Of a DNA stretch of 64,000 nt, positions 60,505 to 64,000 are shown piece by piece (within the stretch, counting starts at the first letter, position 1; each line of letters starts with the position of its first letter). Source of the stretch: Promethearchaeota archaeon (GTDB lineage: Archaea; Asgardarchaeota; Lokiarchaeia; Sigyniarchaeales; SOKP01); contig JAEOUA010000005.1 in NCBI GenBank assembly GCA_016839555.1, forward strand, positions 32,001-96,000, in the 5' to 3' direction. A model generated the notes under the pieces. That model did no database searches. It saw only the letters and a list, made by a program, of their open reading frames with translations, and was not told the origin of the DNA. The translations under genes and the position numbers were made by a program.

Positions 60505-60808
60505 ATCAATAATTTTTTAATTTTTTAATAAAATCTAAATTAATTTAGAAATATTGTAATTAATTTGTTATGTTTTTATTTATATTTTTAGCTTTATTTA
60601 TTTTCTTTTAAGAAAATTAGATTTATATAATTCCTTTCAAATTGAAATTAAAACTATAATATCTTTAAGGTCTATAAAATTAAAAAGATTTAAATAAACG
60701 TGAATCATTAATTCTCAATAATTAGTTATCATAGAAGGATTTTATATAATTTTAAATTTTAAAATCTTTTTAAGCAATTTTTAAAAAATATAAAGCAAAT
60801 TCAAATTT

Positions 60809-62452
60809 ATGATAAATATGGACATACTGGAACTAAAGTTATTTTGGCAATATGTTGATTATTGGGCTCATATCGATCCAAATTTTCCTTCTATCAGATA
60901 TGGGAAAAAAATTATCAATGCGAAGGAATTAGATGAACAATCTGATAAACTTGCTCAAGCCTTACTGCATATTGGTGTCGAAAAGGGAGATACTGTTGTA
61001 ACGGTACTTCCAACTATTCCCGAATTCATACTCACTTTTCTAGCAGCGAGTAAAATCGGAGGGATTACGATCCCCATGGATAAAGAATATAAAAAAGCGG
61101 ATTTTCAATCCCTAATTCCACATTCTGATCCTAAAGTTATCATTACAATTGATAAATGGGATAAAAACAAAATTGCAGATACGCTCGAGGAATTAAAAAA
61201 TGAATTCGGAGAAATTGAATATATAATGGTCGGCAAGCATCATTTAGGGACTAAATTTGAAGAAATTATGGAGCAAGAATATAATCTGGAAGATGATCTC
61301 CAAAAGGCTAAAGAGAATCAAGATGAAGAGGACACAATTTTAGTAATATGGACTGGTGGTACGACAGGAGCTCCCAAACCAGTTGAATTGACTCATAAAA
61401 ATATTATTCAAATGTGTTTAAGAGAATTTGACAGCATTTTTACCTCTTTGGCTTCAGCAGGATATTCTCCAGAAGATCATAGAATTCCATCTTTGGTGAA
61501 TTTACCTGTAAGTCATGTGGGAGGAGCTGTAGAATTATTGGGCACGGGTATCATTGCAGGATTACAAATGATTGTTCAAGCATCCTGGTCTCCCTGGGAT
61601 TCTTTAAAAGCGATGAGAAAATATCACATACACTTTATGGGGGGAGTTCCAACGATGTTTAAAATCTTTCTCTCTCTTCCCGATTTAGATAATTATCAAC
61701 CCAAGAAATATTTGAACTTAGTTGTTATGTCCGGAGAGAAGGTAAATATGGAACTATTAAAAGGAATTAAGGAAAGAATATGTGAACACATTTCTATTGG
61801 ATATGGAAGTACAGAAGCAGGATCAGAGACTACCTTTACAGAGCCTGGTATCAAATTCGAGAAATTGGCTAGAGGTTATGTAGGAAAAGCTCTCCCAGGA
61901 CAAGAAATCATTATTGTTGACGAGGATGGAAATGAATTACCGCATGGAGAGGAAGGACAAATTTATATAAGAGGTTCATTAATAGCTAAATCATATTATA
62001 AGATGCCTGAGAAAAATAAAGAAGAATTTAAAGAAGATGGTTTTTGTAAAACAGGAGATTTGGGTTATAAAGATGAAAAAGGAGGATTATACATTACAGG
62101 AAGAATAAAACAGATAATTAGAGTGGGTGCTTATACTGTATATCCTACTGAAATTGAAGAACTTGCTCTATCTCATCCGAAAGTTGCGATTGCCGCTGCA
62201 TTAGGTGCCCCAGATGAAATAAAGGGTGAAGTGGTATGGCTAGTAATAGGTCCAGAATTAGGAGTAAAATTCGATGATTCAGATAAAGAAGAACTTGAAA
62301 AAATGTTTCAAAAAAACTTAGCAAAATATGCTGTTCCAAAAAACATCATTGTGTACCCCTTAGATCCTAATGATTTACCTATCACGAGGATAGGAAAAGT
62401 TGATCGAGTAAGATTAAAAAAGGAATTAATCTCAAAACAGACTGAAAGCTAA
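60809..62452 (+). CDS. Long-chain acyl-CoA ligase (AMP-forming)
   Basis: WTGGTTGAPK, P.SH, GVPTM, GYGSTE, TGDLG, GR.K, GKVDR motifs. Confidence 0.9.
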   Translation: MINMDILELKLFWQYVDYWAHIDPNFPSIRYGKKIINAKELDEQSDKLAQALLHIGVEKGDTVVTVLPTIPEFILTFLAASKIGGITIPMDKEYKKADFQSLIPHSDPKVIITIDKWDKNKIADTLEELKNEFGEIEYIMVGKHHLGTKFEEIMEQEYNLEDDLQKAKENQDEEDTILVIWTGGTTGAPKPVELTHKNIIQMCLREFDSIFTSLASAGYSPEDHRIPSLVNLPVSHVGGAVELLGTGIIAGLQMIVQASWSPWDSLKAMRKYHIHFMGGVPTMFKIFLSLPDLDNYQPKKYLNLVVMSGEKVNMELLKGIKERICEHISIGYGSTEAGSETTFTEPGIKFEKLARGYVGKALPGQEIIIVDEDGNELPHGEEGQIYIRGSLIAKSYYKMPEKNKEEFKEDGFCKTGDLGYKDEKGGLYITGRIKQIIRVGAYTVYPTEIEELALSHPKVAIAAALGAPDEIKGEVVWLVIGPELGVKFDDSDKEELEKMFQKNLAKYAVPKNIIVYPLDPNDLPITRIGKVDRVRLKKELISKQTES

Positions 62453-62490
62453 AATAAGTTGAATAATTATATAAAAAAATAAAATGAGGA

Positions 62491-63270
62491 TTGAATAATA
62501 TGGAAAAGAATGTAATATATAAAAAGCAAGGAGATATTGGCAATGTCATTTTAAATAAACCGGATAAATATAACACATTAGATATTGATACTTTAAAAGA
62601 ATTGATTGCTGCTTTCCAAGAAAGTAAAGAAAAGGAAGATATTTGCGTAATATATTCTGCTAAAGGGAAACATTTTACAGTTGGAGCTGACCTAAAGTAT
62701 AGTTACAATCTATTAAATTCTCCAGAAAGAATACCAGAGGCTGTTGAATTTCTGGAAAGTTTTCAAGATCTCACCAGAGCTATGTTAGATCACCCAGGAA
62801 TCATAATAGCAGGTTTACATGGTTGGGTTATTGGAGGTGGATTTGAACAATTGCTTGGATGCGATATTAGAATTGCGGCAGAAGATACAAGAATCATGCT
62901 TCCTGAACTTGGTGCGGGATTATTCTTTTCAAACGCATCAACGAAATTACTCCCTCGAATAGTGGGGGAAGGAAATGCAAAATATTTGATGTTACTTGGT
63001 GATGAAATTAACGCGGAAGAGGCATTAAGAATTGGATTAGTTAGTAAAATCTGTAAAACCACGGCATTAAATAGAATATTAAAGAAAATGGCAAATAAAA
63101 TAACACAAAAAAGTCATTTAGCAATAAAATATACAAAAGACCATCTTAATTATAATCAAGATTTGGGAATTGAAGCAGTTTTAGCCCGCGAAACAATCGC
63201 AATGAGAAAAACTGGGCAATCAGATGAATTGAAAAAAAGATTGAAAATGTTTGTAGAAGAGAGACATTAA
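62491..63270 (+). CDS. Enoyl-CoA hydratase/isomerase family protein
   Basis: LN.P...N, F..GADL, G...GGG.E....CD.RIA, PE...G, A.EA..IGLV. Confidence 0.9.
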   Translation: MNNMEKNVIYKKQGDIGNVILNKPDKYNTLDIDTLKELIAAFQESKEKEDICVIYSAKGKHFTVGADLKYSYNLLNSPERIPEAVEFLESFQDLTRAMLDHPGIIIAGLHGWVIGGGFEQLLGCDIRIAAEDTRIMLPELGAGLFFSNASTKLLPRIVGEGNAKYLMLLGDEINAEEALRIGLVSKICKTTALNRILKKMANKITQKSHLAIKYTKDHLNYNQDLGIEAVLARETIAMRKTGQSDELKKRLKMFVEERH

Positions 63271-63286
63271 GCTTTTGCTCTCACTT

Positions 63287-64000
63287 TTAATATCTCTCAT
63301 TTAATTTTTGTAGTAATTTCTTATTTCTTTTCATTTTCTTTTTAAGTTCACCTAACGCATCTTTAACAGCAAAATCATAGGATGTCATGCCACTTTCATT
63401 TGCACCTTGAATAATTTCAAATGTCTTATCACTAATTTTCGCTTTAATGAATTCAAAGATTTCTTCTGCATTTTTTGCTACCTTATTTACCCAAATAGCT
63501 AAAATTTCACCAGCATTGGCTATAAAATCAGGAAAAGCAATTATTTCCCTTTCCTTGAGCTTATACTGAATTCCTTTTTCATAAGGTATATTGGCCGCTG
63601 GAACAATTGCAATTGCATCCATTTTCTCGACATTTTTATTATTAATCGCATCTGGTCTGGCACCTGGGATGATAAAATCCGTTTGATATTCTGAGGATAA
63701 TTCAAAAAGTTTTTCTTTTTCCACTTTAACTAAATCTGTGCTTTCATAATGATTAACTAACTCATCTCCATATTTTTTTTTAAGATTTAACAGCAGTTCT
63801 ATATCAAGTCCATTTTCATCAAAAATAGCGCCTTTAATTGTTGAAAGTCCAGTTAAATTGAAACCCAATTCATGGAGGCTCATTCCTACCGCGGTTCCCA
63901 CTTTTCCAAAGCCTTCCAAAATAACAGAAGGTTTCTTACTGGTATCTCGCTTCTTATCGGTTAATTTCTCCAAATTATTGTATATTACTTCTAAACAGTA
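63287..64000 (-). CDS. Glu/Leu/Phe/Val dehydrogenase, 5'-truncated by the window edge
   Basis: EGFGKVG, G.I.D.NGLD, PAAN, PDF.ANAG; frame is open from 63973 to 64000 (YCLEVIYNN). Confidence 0.82.
   Translation of the reverse strand, partial: YCLEVIYNNLEKLTDKKRDTSKKPSVILEGFGKVGTAVGMSLHELGFNLTGLSTIKGAIFDENGLDIELLLNLKKKYGDELVNHYESTDLVKVEKEKLFELSSEYQTDFIIPGARPDAINNKNVEKMDAIAIVPAANIPYEKGIQYKLKEREIIAFPDFIANAGEILAIWVNKVAKNAEEIFEFIKAKISDKTFEIIQGANESGMTSYDFAVKDALGELKKKMKRNKKLLQKLNERY

Noticed and set aside
118-63062. Numerous short antisense or overlapping ORFs in the track (e.g. 4426-4731, 18448-18795, 45162-45632, 52916-53218)
   Set aside because: They lie within well-supported genes on another frame or strand and have no motifs; typical shadow ORFs
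63287-63973. Stand-alone NAD-binding domain of glutamate dehydrogenase
   Set aside because: Frame stays open to the window edge, so it is simply truncated
1-64000. CRISPR array, rRNA or tRNA genes
   Set aside because: No regularly spaced repeat-spacer run and no GC-rich segment with rRNA or tRNA hallmarks seen by eye

Overview
Very AT-rich, gene-dense archaeal chromosomal window, most consistent with an Asgard archaeon (Lokiarchaeia-like). The basis is RadA with a Rad51-type Walker A, an archaeal tRNA-splicing endonuclease, an actin-related protein, longin-like proteins and expanded GPH/MFS transporters. No rRNA, tRNA, CRISPR array, integrase or transposase was recognised. Much of the content concerns lipid/acyl-CoA metabolism and transport. 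Best leads: (1) a ~13 kb candidate membrane glycolipid-tailoring cluster (23132-36017) with three cobalamin-dependent radical SAM enzymes, GT2/GT4 glycosyltransferases, an O-acyltransferase, a CDP-alcohol phosphotransferase and a CDP-glucose synthase; (2) a miniaturised actin-related protein lacking most of subdomain 4; (3) a longin-longin-7TM gene trio; (4) a Cwh43/PGAP2IP-like membrane EEP protein; (5) a 54-aa, 10-Cys desulforedoxin/metallothionein-like peptide missed by the ORF track, next to a candidate ~92-nt structured RNA; (6) a ~200-bp imperfect direct repeat bracketing an apparently inserted MFS gene; (7) a GT4 interrupted by a single in-frame TGA. All family calls come from motif recognition by eye, not database searches.
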